Positions 11,982 through 23,590 of a DNA stretch of 64,000 nt are shown here, one piece after another (the first letter of the stretch is position 1; each line of letters begins with the position of its first letter). This DNA is from Amoeboaphelidium protococcarum X5. Taxonomy: Eukaryota; Fungi; Aphelidiomycota. The notes under the pieces were generated by a model. It was not told where the DNA came from. It did not search any database and worked only from the letters and a program-made list of their open reading frames with translations. The DNA lies in NCBI GenBank assembly GCA_023515725.1, contig JALDTO010000146.1:124001-188000 (forward strand), read 5' to 3'. The position numbers and the translations under genes were made by a program.

Positions 11982-13367
11982 ATGTCAAGATATCAAGGAA
12001 TTAAGTTTCAAAAGTTTAAATATGGTCAAGTAATTTTTATTTCTATATTTGTAAATTCAATTTGGCTAATTTTCTATATGCTGGCAGATATTAGACATGG
12101 ATTAACTAATGCTTTTGATCATGTGCAGGTGGCATCACTAGACTGGAAATTGCGATGCGAGATGCGTAAAATGCCAATGATTATTGCGCACCAAACAGAT
12201 TCATTCTGCATCTAATGGGAAACATCTTGTCCACTCGTAGAATCTGCATTGGTATTAATTAGCAAGTACCAGAATGGAACACGAAATTCGGTCATTATTC
12301 CGTCCGTGCTGGCATATTCATTTGATTCATCCCATTACTTTTACCGTTCCTATCTTAATATCAGTCAGGACAAGGATCCTAAAACTTAATACTCTTACTA
12401 CATTAAATTTTAGTACGATTCTGATGGTTAATAAAGGAGAACTCGAGTGTTTGACACTAGAATTCGATTCCATCCTGATGGGTATTAGATGAGAATTGCG
12501 TTCGTGTCTGATAATTAGTACAAGGCGACTGTGTTTAATAAGCTATTGGACTCGTTAACTCTTCTGAAATATGATTACATTGTCCATGTGGGTGATGCTG
12601 TATAGTCATTCGATTCACTGGCTGAGTGGGAGGTTGATTTTGTGTGGCCCATGACTAGAGGTAGAAATGGAAACTCTGCTGGACTTCTCAGCACTACCCC
12701 TCTAATATATATTCCTGGTAATCACGATGATTATGAAGAGCATGACCGTGATACTACCTCTAATAACGGTGCAGAAGTCACCCAATCTGGTGGAGACAAC
12801 TCGCCGTTTCACTATTTTGTGACGACGCGCGATCGTTTCAAGTCTCTTCGCATTGGCCATCTGCATTTTACTTTAATTGACTCTAACCAGGATAGTGCAA
12901 GATAGTAAGATTTCGTGTAGTCTCTAGTCAAGCAGAATGAGTATAAAGAGTCCTAGTTTCGAATAGCTCTTATCCATATTCCGCCATATTTGGAGTTTTG
13001 GGAGCATGACGCGTGGTTCAATAAGAAAGAGTCAATGTGGGGACAGTTTGTACGTGACAAATACATGCCGCTAATGAAAGAGAACGGTTTAGACGTTGTA
13101 ATTTCAGGCCATCAGCACAACTATGAGAGGACATCCAAACGAGTGAATGGAACGTACTACTTTATTATTGGTGGTGCGGGCGGAGAGTTGGAACACACTG
13201 AACAGGATGGTGGACGTGTAAATAACTTCAACATGTATGATTTCAAGTTCTTTGGGCACTTTTACTGTATGATGGACGTTTACAATGGGTCCATCCTGTG
13301 GCGAGCTATCGATGCTGAAAGTCGAGTTGTTGATAGTCTAACTCTTGGTGTTAATTAAATAAAATGA
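11982..13367 (+). CDS. Membrane-anchored calcineurin-like metallophosphoesterase (purple acid phosphatase-like architecture)
   Basis: N-terminal TM, FN3-like segment, motifs AFVSDNQ, HVGDAVQ, PGNHD, LIHIP, SGHQHNYER; TGA 13365-13367. Confidence 0.85.
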
Positions 13368-13610
13368 TTGTCGAATGATGATGTTTCGCACTAAAGCAAG
13401 CCGTGTAAAATCCCCCCCCCCCTCTTGCTAATCGCTGATTGGCCGCGACGTTCTCAGAGAGCTAATCAGATGGCGCACAGCGATCACCTCATGAATTCAA
13501 TTCTTATCTTATCTCTCTTAATCCTCTTGCTCTGCACTCACGCTGTTATATTTTCATTAAAGTTGAAATTAAATTGGAACAGTAACAATAAATAATTTAT
13601 TTTTATATAT

Positions 13611-16600
13611 ATGAAGAGTGATCACGAAATTCAAGTGGTGACAGCAATTTGTGATTATAAGCCATCAGCTGCTGGACGGCTCTGCTTTGGTGAGGGAGAT
13701 TAGATTCGAGTGCTTCAACAGACTGATAGTGGATGGTGGGATGGGGTTTGTCATGGACAGAGAGGCTGGTTTCCGTCTAATCATGTCCAGCTTCCCCCTT
13801 AAAATATTAAAGCGGATTTGAATGAATATTTCGGATGGGAAGTTTAAGTACCACTAGTTGGATCTCCTAAAATCAGTAATAATACTCAGCTAATAGTGAA
13901 CAAGCTAACTGGTGAACGCGTTAGAATTCCCAATGTTGAGATGGCTCAATCTCCACGTCAGAGTATTCTATCTGTTAATGTTGCCAAAATGAAGATTTCT
14001 GAAGGCCGCGACTCTATGCCTTTGTCTCCCCTACATCCAGTTATTAACGCTCAGTAATAAGAACTGGCCATTCCTGATTTTGGATTAAGCTAACGATATT
14101 CCAGCGTGTCAGTAGTTGGACATTAAAGACACAACGATGCAGAAAATATTCTTTAAAATGATGGTATTAATAATAATGATGATGATGTAGATTACGCGTT
14201 GTAACCGCACGATTGGGAGAGTATGAGATAAATGATTCTAAAGTCTATAGTGTTGCTCAAGAGGGCTGAGCTAAAGGATTTCATCTTGGTAGTTGGTTAG
14301 ATTATAAAAAGTGTTCATGCCATGTTATCTGCCTCAAATACATTAGAAAAGTCATCCCATCTGCTTTAGAGTAATCAAATGCTCAAGTCTCATTATTAGC
14401 ACCTGATCAAGTCATTGTGTGCTCTGACTGATTACGCAAAGTCTATCGAGTCTAACAGTATGCCTCCACCATCTGGCCAAGACGGATAACGGCGGCATTT
14501 ATTGCATCTCTCTAATGAAGTGTGGCTCTCAGTTCGACACTTTACTTCCACCGCTGAATAGGCTAATGTTAGTATCCAAGTGCAATAGAAGCTGCATCAG
14601 GAAGCGCACAGTTTTGGAGTAGGAGGAAAGTCACCTTCGATGAGATCAGCAACCTCCTCTTCACACGTTTCCGTTGTGAATGTATATGACACTTTAAGCG
14701 AGTCTTTGGATGAGTTAATCACGGATGTCAGTGATGCAATATCTGGTGTATGGAAGCAATTGTCCTCAGAAACTCAGTAAAAAGTCCCGGATCTGATTGA
14801 ATGCACCAAAGAAGTTGTGACTTAGATCGGTTACTTGCTGTCTTTATTGGACGAGTTTAATCAAGAGCATTTTGACGCGAGGCACTCGGCAATGTATGAG
14901 TACTTTTTGTAATTGAAAGAGAATATGTATCTACGAATATCTGAGTTGGTTAATGCAACTACTGTGGCTGTAGATCCATTTGCTCCTGCAGATCGTGTTT
15001 AGTCTCTTAATTCCTCTGTATAGAATGTCTAGGCTTCATTGCGCGATTTGATATTATCCGTCCGTCCACTTTTGTAAGTTTAGAAGGAGTAAGCTGCTCT
15101 ATCTGCCTCATCCAGAAGGAAGGAGTCTTCATCTGATCACTCGTCATGTGTTGAAGTATTTTCACCTTTGGATGAAGAGATCAAGCCTCGTAGAGCTTTC
15201 TCTATGAACCTGCTGAAGTAGTCTTTGGATTAGCGATAGTCAAAAGATAAGGAGAACTTGCGCAAGAATGAACTTGTATCTGACTCTGTAGTAGAATCCA
15301 ATGGCGTAAATTAGTAGCCTGCAAAGCGGCAATCAAAGTTGACTAAAGAAGATTTTGAAGCTTAGTAGCGCCGTCGAATTACAGTTGTTGGTAGTGAGAC
15401 TAAATTGGGCAAGTTTTTTGGTGAGGATGTTGCTCTGGTTGAGTAAAAGTTGCGCAAAGGGAACGAGTTGGATTTCCTGAAGGTTAGCTACAGTTCAAAG
15501 GCAGTCCTACTAGGAGCTAATGGTGAATTAAAAGGTGCAACTTTGAAAGGAGTAGTCGAAGTAATGACTGCGCATGATAAATTTGACGTCAAGCTGATGC
15601 ATAGTATTCTACTCACTTTCCGATCATTTGCCACTAATGTGGAGTTATTCAATCTGCTGACAAAGCGGTTTGTTTTAGAGCCCCCAGGTGAATTGTCGTC
15701 TATGCAGCTGGAAATTTGGCATGAAAAAGTTCTGACTCCTATTAGATTGCGAGTAGTGAGCGTTATTAAAACTTGGTTAGATTCTTATTATTTAAAAGAC
15801 TAGGACGAGAAATTGCTTCCTCTAATGCGCCGATTTATTGATGGACTAGTCAAAGAGGTGTTACCATCAGGATCCACGATGCTTCTTAGACTTATTGATA
15901 AAGTTGCGAAATTACCTGACGATTAGCTCGTCTAGTCAAAGAGACTGACATTCATTATTGGATCTCATAATGCTTCGACAGCTCCATCCTCGCCGATGAT
16001 GCCGCGAAGCTTTAGTTCCATCCTCGAACTTGATCCTCTCGAACTGGCACGTTAGTTTACAGTGCATGACTTTGTTCTGTTTGCCCGTATCGATATCACG
16101 GAATTTCTTGATAAGTCTTGGTCCATTAAGAATGACAATTCTAAGTCTGCTAATGTTAAGCATCTCATAAAGATGTCTAATCAAACCACTGCATGGGTTG
16201 CAAGCGTCATCCTTTCTGAGGAAGATCCTAAAATTCGTAGTCAGTTGCTAAAGTATTTTATTTAGGTGGCTGACAAATGTTTGGAGCTGAAAAATTATAA
16301 TACATTGATGGCTATTCTGGCGGCTGTTGGTTCGTCTTCCATACATCGCTTGAAGAGAACTTTTGATTTGCTTTCGAACAAGACCGTGTAAACTCTGGAT
16401 AAGTTGCGCGATTTAATGTCTCCACATTAGAATTTTACGAAATACAGGCGGCGATTGGAAGAGTCAAAGCTGCCTGTGTTGCCATTCCTCGGCCGCTTCC
16501 TCACAGATTTGACTTTCATAGAAGATGGTAATCCTAGCACTTTGAACTCTCATCCTGACATGATCAATTTGGATAAAAGATTAAAGGTGGCCAATCGCAT

Positions 16601-16796
16601 ATTTGACATCTATCAGTATTAGCAGACCAAGTTTAATATTCAGCGTATCGATGCCGTTCAAGACCTGATTGATTTATGCGTAAATTAAGCACACGCTTCA
16701 AGTGAGATGCTTTACGATCTGAGCGTAAAATTGGAGCCAAGAGAGTAAGACACTGAGAAGATGGTCAGACTGTTGAATGAAAGTGGTTTTTTGTGA
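13611..16796 (+). CDS. CDC25: Ras guanine nucleotide exchange factor, Cdc25 type (SH3-REM-RasGEF)
   Basis: SH3 (AICDY..GWWDG..RGWFPSNHV), REM (LLTFRSF, RLRVVSVIKTW), GEF (LPFLGRFLTDLTFIEDGNP, INLDKR), fungal-type tail LEPRE..MVRLLNESGFL-TGA. Confidence 0.92.
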
Positions 16797-16925
16797 ATAG
16801 AAATTAATTTTTATATTCAGATAGTTTAGCTGTAATTGCATTCACTTTTATATTTATAACATCGTATTAAAAATCATCATTCATCCATTTGCCTAAAAAA
16901 GCTCACGCCCATGAGGGAGTGCAGA

Positions 16926-19900
16926 TCAGTTCAGACGCTCCAACTCCTACAAAACTGCGGTTGCATCCAACCGAATCAAGAGATTCTACTCCCAGGACAT
17001 CGCAATAACATTAAATAAACCTTGCAAACGTTCATCTTCAATAGTTTGCTTAATTTCAACTCTCTCGCCATTGAGTACAGCGTCACGAATCTGATCTTTA
17101 GAGAATCCTTCCCACGCTGGTTAACGATTCAGCAACTCGGCCATTATAACAGCGCCTGCAAATATGTCTCTTTTAGGCTTCAGTGCATCAGACACGCCTT
17201 CATCAGCCCAAACTTCTGGTGCGGCATAACATGGAGTCTAACCTTTTAGTCTATTCCACTTGAGACCAGTCACTGCTTTGGAAGTTCCTAGCAGAGTACA
17301 GATGCCAAAATCAGTAAGACAAAGTCTTGTTGCACCAGTAGACGTGTCAATCAGGTAATTAGCCGACTTAATATCATTATGAACTATACTTGCTTAATGT
17401 ATAGCTTACATGGCTGCAAACACGTCCATAGACAGAGATTTAACAACATCAAAAGTCCAAGGAATCAGTTGACATAACGGACTGCTTTAATTAATTAAAC
17501 CATCCAGTGATCCATGCTCATAATGGAACATCAGAAGCACCTGATTCCCTGCATCAAAGCCCGCAATTCTAGCAACGTGAGGACAATCTTTGAAGCGCCA
17601 CATCAATGCAACTTCCTACAAAAAGGTGTCAGAGTTACCATTGCCGTTATTGTACTTTCCTACAAAAGTCAGCTTTTCAAAAGGCTTAACAGGATGCTCA
17701 AAAGGAATACTCAGCATCTCAACTAGCCATATAGAGCCCTGTCCACCACCTGAAAGACGTGAATTAGCTATCTTCCTAAAGTTCTAGCCTTCTTACAATT
17801 GCATGAATGCAGGCACAGAAATCTCATACGATGTCGGCATCATTGTACTCCCTTAGGTACTACTGATACTTTATACTTGCGTCATGTGAGTCGAGGTAGT
17901 ACTCTACATCGTATTAGTTGTTAATTTAGCCATAAGCGCACGAGTGCGCGCACGATACTTATACCGCAGTACCAAAGCAATTGCACAAAGCATCACGACA
18001 AATGCTGCGGCCATCGCACCAGCAATAGTGACAATTAGAGAAGAACTGACACTGTTAGCACCGGTCACTGCCTAGTCCTTATCTGCAGAACTAATTATCT
18101 CAGATTAAGTTTGGCTACTACCACTATATTAACTATTTATAACATCAAACGCATGTGAAGGTTAACTGGTCATCATACGAGAGCTAGTAATGGACACTAA
18201 AGACGTTACAATACTGCGCTAAGAAGTAGATCTTATTGTGGAGCTCGTCAAACTTGAGTTCATAGCCACAGCGATAGAAGACGATGTAGCATTTGTACTT
18301 ACAAAAGCCAGTGTAGACAATGTGTTAAATTCCAAAGATGTAACGGTACCAGAACTAGAGGCGACAACAGTACTGCTCACAGTAGTGGTTGTAGAATTAA
18401 TCACAGAGCTTGCGGCACCGATACTCGAAGTTTCCACAGGATTTGTCGTACTAAGAGTACTGATAGTAGATGTAATAGTTGTCGTGGTCGTGGGAGTAGT
18501 AGTAGTAGTAGTAGTAGTTGTTGTTGTTGTTGTTGTTGACGTTGACGTTGTAGTGGTTGTAGTGGTTGTGGTGGTGGTCGGAGTTGTAGTCGTTGTGGTA
18601 GTAGTTGTCGTCGGAGTAGTTGTTGTCGTCGTCGTCGTTGTTGTTGTAGTTGTAGTGGTAGGAGTGGTGGTAGGAGTAGTTGTTGTCGTAGTTGTCGTTG
18701 AGGTAGTGGTAGTGGTGGTAGTTGTCGTGGTGGTAGTGGTGGTTGTAGTAGTAGTAGTCGTTGTCGTAGTGGTGGTAGGAGTAGTAGCGGTAGTAGCAAC
18801 AGACGATGATGCAACACAGTTACCTCCAGAAGGACTCAAAGCCAGCAAATTATCGACGCTACTAAATCCCGTTTAGTCCAATAAACTTACGAAGCCATCA
18901 GTACTATTCATCCTAAAACCTGTGCCGTAATACAGATATGCAACTAAGAATGAGCTGCTTTCATAGAATATAGCAGAATTCAGATTAACCTATGCTCCTG
19001 TTTAACCATAAAACATGTTGATACCGGAGAACTTTTTAGCACAATCGACAGACAAGATAAATCCATACTAGCTAACTGCAGAGTTATATTGTGCCACCTA
19101 TGTGCCGGTTACATTCACTTTGATCGAAGTGACCGGTGACATTCCAACAAAGTACATGTTATTCCTACTGTCCCACTAGATTCCAGCTCTTACATTGCCA
19201 GAGCCGGTGACACTGGACCACTCCTGGATTGCCAAGCCATTAGTAAACTTAAACGCATAAGTACCATTGACTCCAGCTTAACCTGCGGTAACATAAAGGA
19301 CATTAGAGCCATCAAGAACTTAAAACTAACCACCAGTCTGTATCGACGCATAAGCAGCACCATTCTTATCGAAAGACACTCCAACAGGACTTTACGTGCC
19401 GGCACCAACAAATTTCCAGCTATAGCGATAGTTTCCGGTGGGTCCGTAGACCATGACAAAGCAATTGGCAGCATTACCGGCAGAAAAGTAAACCTACTAT
19501 TCACTAGAGTCTTCCACGTTGAGAAACTACACAGTGCTTAGCTGGAAGTACAGATTACCACTTGCATCAATTGCCAGCTGAGAGTCAATAGTCACGGTGA
19601 AATCGTCCAGTTCATAGACAAAATTGAGATTGTTGTCCATCATAAACACATGATGGCAACCATCACTAGATTTAACAAGAGTCTTCACATTGTTGTAAAA
19701 GGTAATGGGATCTGTAGCGCAACCTTCAATTTTCTGGTGAGCATGCACAACGACTTGTCCGCTAAAGCCAATAGCACTACTCAAAGCTTTAACCGACTGA
19801 ACACCATTATCTAGACTGGCAGAAGTCAGAAATGTACCATCACTAGCAAATTTCGCAATCACCACTTGATCTGGGCCCAGTCGACTGACAGATTTGACCA

Positions 19901-20300
19901 ATGCTTAATTAGTGCCATAAATACCAAGGCTAGGAGAGTCTGACTCAATAACAGCAATGATGTTATCAAAAGAATCAACAAACAGATTTTTTACTCTATC
20001 AGTGCCTGAGCCTCCAACAGAGAAATGCCACTGCAAAATACCATCAGAATTGTACTTGGCAATATACGCGTCGGTGCCACCCAGCTACAATGCTGTTAAA
20101 ACGGGGCCACTTGACGAGTACAAAGGATAGTTTATCTCTTGCACTAAATCATATGCGTAAAAGAAGCCTTACGAATCTTTTCCGGTCACCTTTACACCTG
20201 TGCCTTGCGAATACACTTGCCACACCAAGCCAGCGCGCACCACAGAGAGATGAATCACATACAAAATAGATGCTGTCAATAAAGTTTAACTGAATTTCAT
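16926..20300 (-). CDS. Receptor-like protein kinase 2: signal peptide, SBBP-like beta-propeller, Thr-rich stalk, TM, complete kinase domain
   Basis: 1124 aa. GGTDAYIAKYNSDGILQWHFSVGGSGTD; poly-Thr; TM LIVTIAGAMAAAFVVMLCAIALVL followed by RYK; LSGGGQGSIW, FVGK, HNDIKSAN, DFG, YAAPE, MSWEQNLLIR (subdomain XI). Confidence 0.9.
18470..18795 (-). repeat. Poly-Thr coding tract (stalk of RLK2)
   Basis: GTN trinucleotide runs on + strand = ACN codons on - strand. Confidence 0.9.
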
Positions 20301-20420
20301 TCTAATAGCAATAATGTAGATTCTTAATAATTGTACTAGCGAATAACGAGTATAGATTATACGAAGAAAGGGATAAAAAGGAGGGAGTACATGGTGCAGA
20401 GGTAAAAGATGCAAATAGGG

Positions 20421-20430
20421 CTATTTATAG
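20421..20430 (-). promoter_or_regulatory. Candidate TATA box of RLK2
   Basis: CTATAAATAG on - strand ~120 nt upstream of the ATG at 20300. Confidence 0.35.
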
Positions 20431-20859
20431 ATGCAATGACAACATTCAAATGGAAAATCCTTACATTCTAGAAATCTGCCATTATATAAAGTAAAGTGCT
20501 GGCGATATACATTTAATTACCAATTAAGATGGCCACGAGCATCTATAAAATGATTGTGGTTACCATAAGGCGGTAGATTGTGTGCCAATTGATCGCATAT
20601 CGCGACGGTGTCAATCAAGACGCATTGTTATCAAATGTTCGCCTCCAACAGATCCCACAGTATACAGTAAAAGTGTCCATAATATCCACAAAGGCATACT
20701 GTAAATTAAAAAAACATTTTGCGCGTTCCGTGCGAGAATGGAAATAGATGAGGAACATTGTTCAATGATGCTATAAAATTGAATTGAGAGTCGAAAATTA
20801 AAACTTTAACACAAACTAAAAGTTTTAATACCAGTTATAAATCAAAAATTCAAAAAATA

Positions 20860-20932
20860 TGCTCGGTACAGGGATCGAACCTGGGACCTCAGCGTTATTA
20901 GCACTGCGCTCTACCGACTAAGCTAACCGAGC
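20860..20932 (-). tRNA. tRNA-Ile, anticodon AAT (IAU)
   Basis: GCTCGGT acceptor stem, D arm TAGCTTAGTCGGTAGAGC, anticodon arm CAGTG-CT-AAT-AA-CGCTG, T arm GGTTCGATCC; T6 Pol III terminator just downstream. Confidence 0.96.
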
Positions 20933-21150
20933 AAGGGGATGATATCCTAATTCAGATAAAATTTTACCACCAGTCAAGATATATAATGTATGAAAAGAGT
21001 GAGCAACATTGATAATAACAATAACACGCGTCAGTGGACGATAATGATATTGATCACACTTGTCAACTCATAGTCCGCTAGTGGTAAAAGTTGTATAGTC
21101 CTCAGTTGTAATACTAATATAATCCTCTTGTTGCCAGACTAATTTTAAAC

Positions 21151-21855
21151 ATGATGGATTAATTAGCGTATTATTTACAACATCATCGGATCAATGAGTA
21201 ATTTGTCGCCCACGGTTTACCGGTAGCATTTTTACATGATCATGCTAAAATCGCAGGTGGAGCTCTTCAACTAATAAATTACCATAATATGAATCGTGGA
21301 ATGTGCCATGATTGTGTGTTTATTGGCATATGGGGTGTTAATGGGCGAAATTGCTTCCCTCTTGATAATGATGGGATATCTCTTATGGCGGACGGGACGT
21401 TGAGCACATATGCCGGGCAATTGCTCAATCCTTAAGCAAGAGAACGCGCGTAAGCCCCTCATCTGCTGAACGCAGACTTGTGGTTTTGCGTTGTTCATTT
21501 AAATAGCTAATTCGATAAGGATGCTGCTTAAACGGTCTTGATAGCTTGGTGCAAATACTTATAAAGAAATAATTGCCTCAATGTACAGTATTCCTTCTGC
21601 TCAGCTTTACTTACATTGCTGTCTTCTGATTATAACTTTTAATTGCGTCTCTGCCAAACGAAATTGCATCAGCACTGCAATAATTGTACCGCTCATGAGC
21701 GAATCAACTGTTCCATATGCGTAATCATCGTTATTTCAGTTCAAATCTATCAAAAATATTCCCAAAGTCAAGAATCCAGGTTCCTTCTTGTGTTTTTAAC
21801 TAGCACACTTTAAGCGCACCCAGGCCGTGATTCTCATCAGTTGTTCAAGCGTTGA
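21151..21855 (+). CDS. Hypothetical protein or decaying ORF
   Basis: Longest TGA-free frame in the interval (open 21013-21855); no motif recognised. Confidence 0.25.
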
Positions 21856-22006
21856 CGCAGATCCGTCTGACACAAGACGAAAGTCTCCATAGTACATTAA
21901 CGCGTAACAAACGTCGAGTTCACCGAGTAAAGTCATTACTCATCTAAATACAAAGATAGTTTATTGTTATTAAAACACTTAAAGAGCCAACTTAAATGTA
22001 TTCACA

Positions 22007-22570
22007 TCATTCCGTTCCAGATTTCATATCAGAGAAACCATTCTTGACGCGCTCAAAAGATGGCCACACCTTAAACAAGACAACTCCTTTGATATTTCGC
22101 AACGGAATGCATCCATAATGTCGACTATCTTCGGAATGAGTGTAATTATCACCAGCCACCCAGCAATGATTCGGCGGAACTTGTATACTCGAACTATCAG
22201 CATCTAGCGGTCGTGGGATTATTCGATCGTGTGGAAGGCCAATAAGACGTTTTGATATCAGCATATTGCGATTATATGGGTGCTCACAACAGAGTACATC
22301 CCCCCGTTGCACCTCATGATATAAAAACTCTGGTAATATCCGCTGCAGTATACCACTCTGTCGTTAGTTAGGCACCTTGATCAGTCTACTAACCACCATT
22401 TTATCACCGGTAAAAAAGTTTGGTAGCATAGAATCTCCAACACCTTCGCTAATATCCACAATGTAATCAGATGTCCATTATAAGAGTATACTCAGAGGTA
22501 TAGTAATCTTTAGTATTGCGCGTAATTCTTGTGCCACAAAGCTCCACCTAACTTTATTCGATATCGTCAT
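22007..22570 (-). CDS. IMP1: Mitochondrial inner membrane peptidase subunit (S26, Imp1/IMMP1L-like)
   Basis: GDSMLP (catalytic Ser), RGDV, SKRLIGLP (catalytic Lys), VPPNHCWVAGDN, SEDSRHYG, VWP. Confidence 0.88.
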
Positions 22571-23590
22571 ACAGTGTTCAATAGCGGTCGCGTTTTTATG
22601 AAATTTTCAAATCGAACGCAAAATACGCTCAATTAAAGTCCGAAATTTTAAAAGATGGTACCATTAGAAATGGAATATTTTACAGCTCATAATACATACT
22701 CTGAAACTGGAACCCACAGGACGTATTGTTGTAAATCAACTTTACTGAATGGATGATCATCAGGAGGAGCAGATGACTTTTTGTAAGTACACTTATCGGA
22801 AAGATAATTATCCGGCGCGACAAAAGTAGTAATTATTCAACTTGTAATTGGCAGATACTTCATGCACATCTTTCCCGATATCAAAGTCAAAATTGACCGT
22901 GAATTTAAATATGACACAGCCAGACTGCCAAGCATCAACCGAATCGAAATACTTGAATTGGGCTCACAGTAGATATTCAACTGATTGTTGTTGTGATCCT
23001 CATACGCCACATCAAGAGTTGAGAAATTATTGACTGAACTGTTGGCGTTCTTAACGTCAATCTCTGTAATGTCGGTTTGAGTCTGGCGCGATTTGTTCAC
23101 TTCATCAGGAGACATCAATTGCGTCGTAAGAACTTGCCACCTCCACAAAGAACTTGATGAGAAATAACATCATACCACCTTCTTCTCAGACGTGAAAATG
23201 TCCTATTCTAACTCAATGGTGTGTTTTTTTCAGCTAATTCTATCCATTAAAAAGCGCAAGCAAAGTGTCTCTAATCGTCGCAGTTATCTATGTTAGCAAG
23301 TTTAGGCCCGTTAAATTATAGTTACCGGCAAAAAGAATAGTCTAATTTAGATATCAAGTTGTTGATCAATTATAGCGATTTCCTATTAAATCGCGCCTGG
23401 AGTGCTAGACGCGTTAAAAAAGCTCAATACAGCACGAAAGTAGACGTTACAACTCATTCGAATTGACAATAGATCTTTGTACACAGTATCAAAATAGCAG
23501 GTGTGTGGCTTTCGGCTACCTTGCAACAATAGGTGCATTTCGAAAGAAGCTTCAAATAATATTACCAAGGTTCAACGCTTTAACATGCGA

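Noticed and set aside
13412-13422. C11 homopolymer
   Set aside because: Isolated intergenic run with no supporting structure.
20860-20932. Possible suppressor tRNA-Gln for TAA/TAG
   Set aside because: The anticodon reads AAT (Ile), not TTA or CTA.
22650-23250. TGA read as Trp or Sec in near-open frames
   Set aside because: No recognisable protein results, no SECIS was identified, and TGA terminates all conserved genes.
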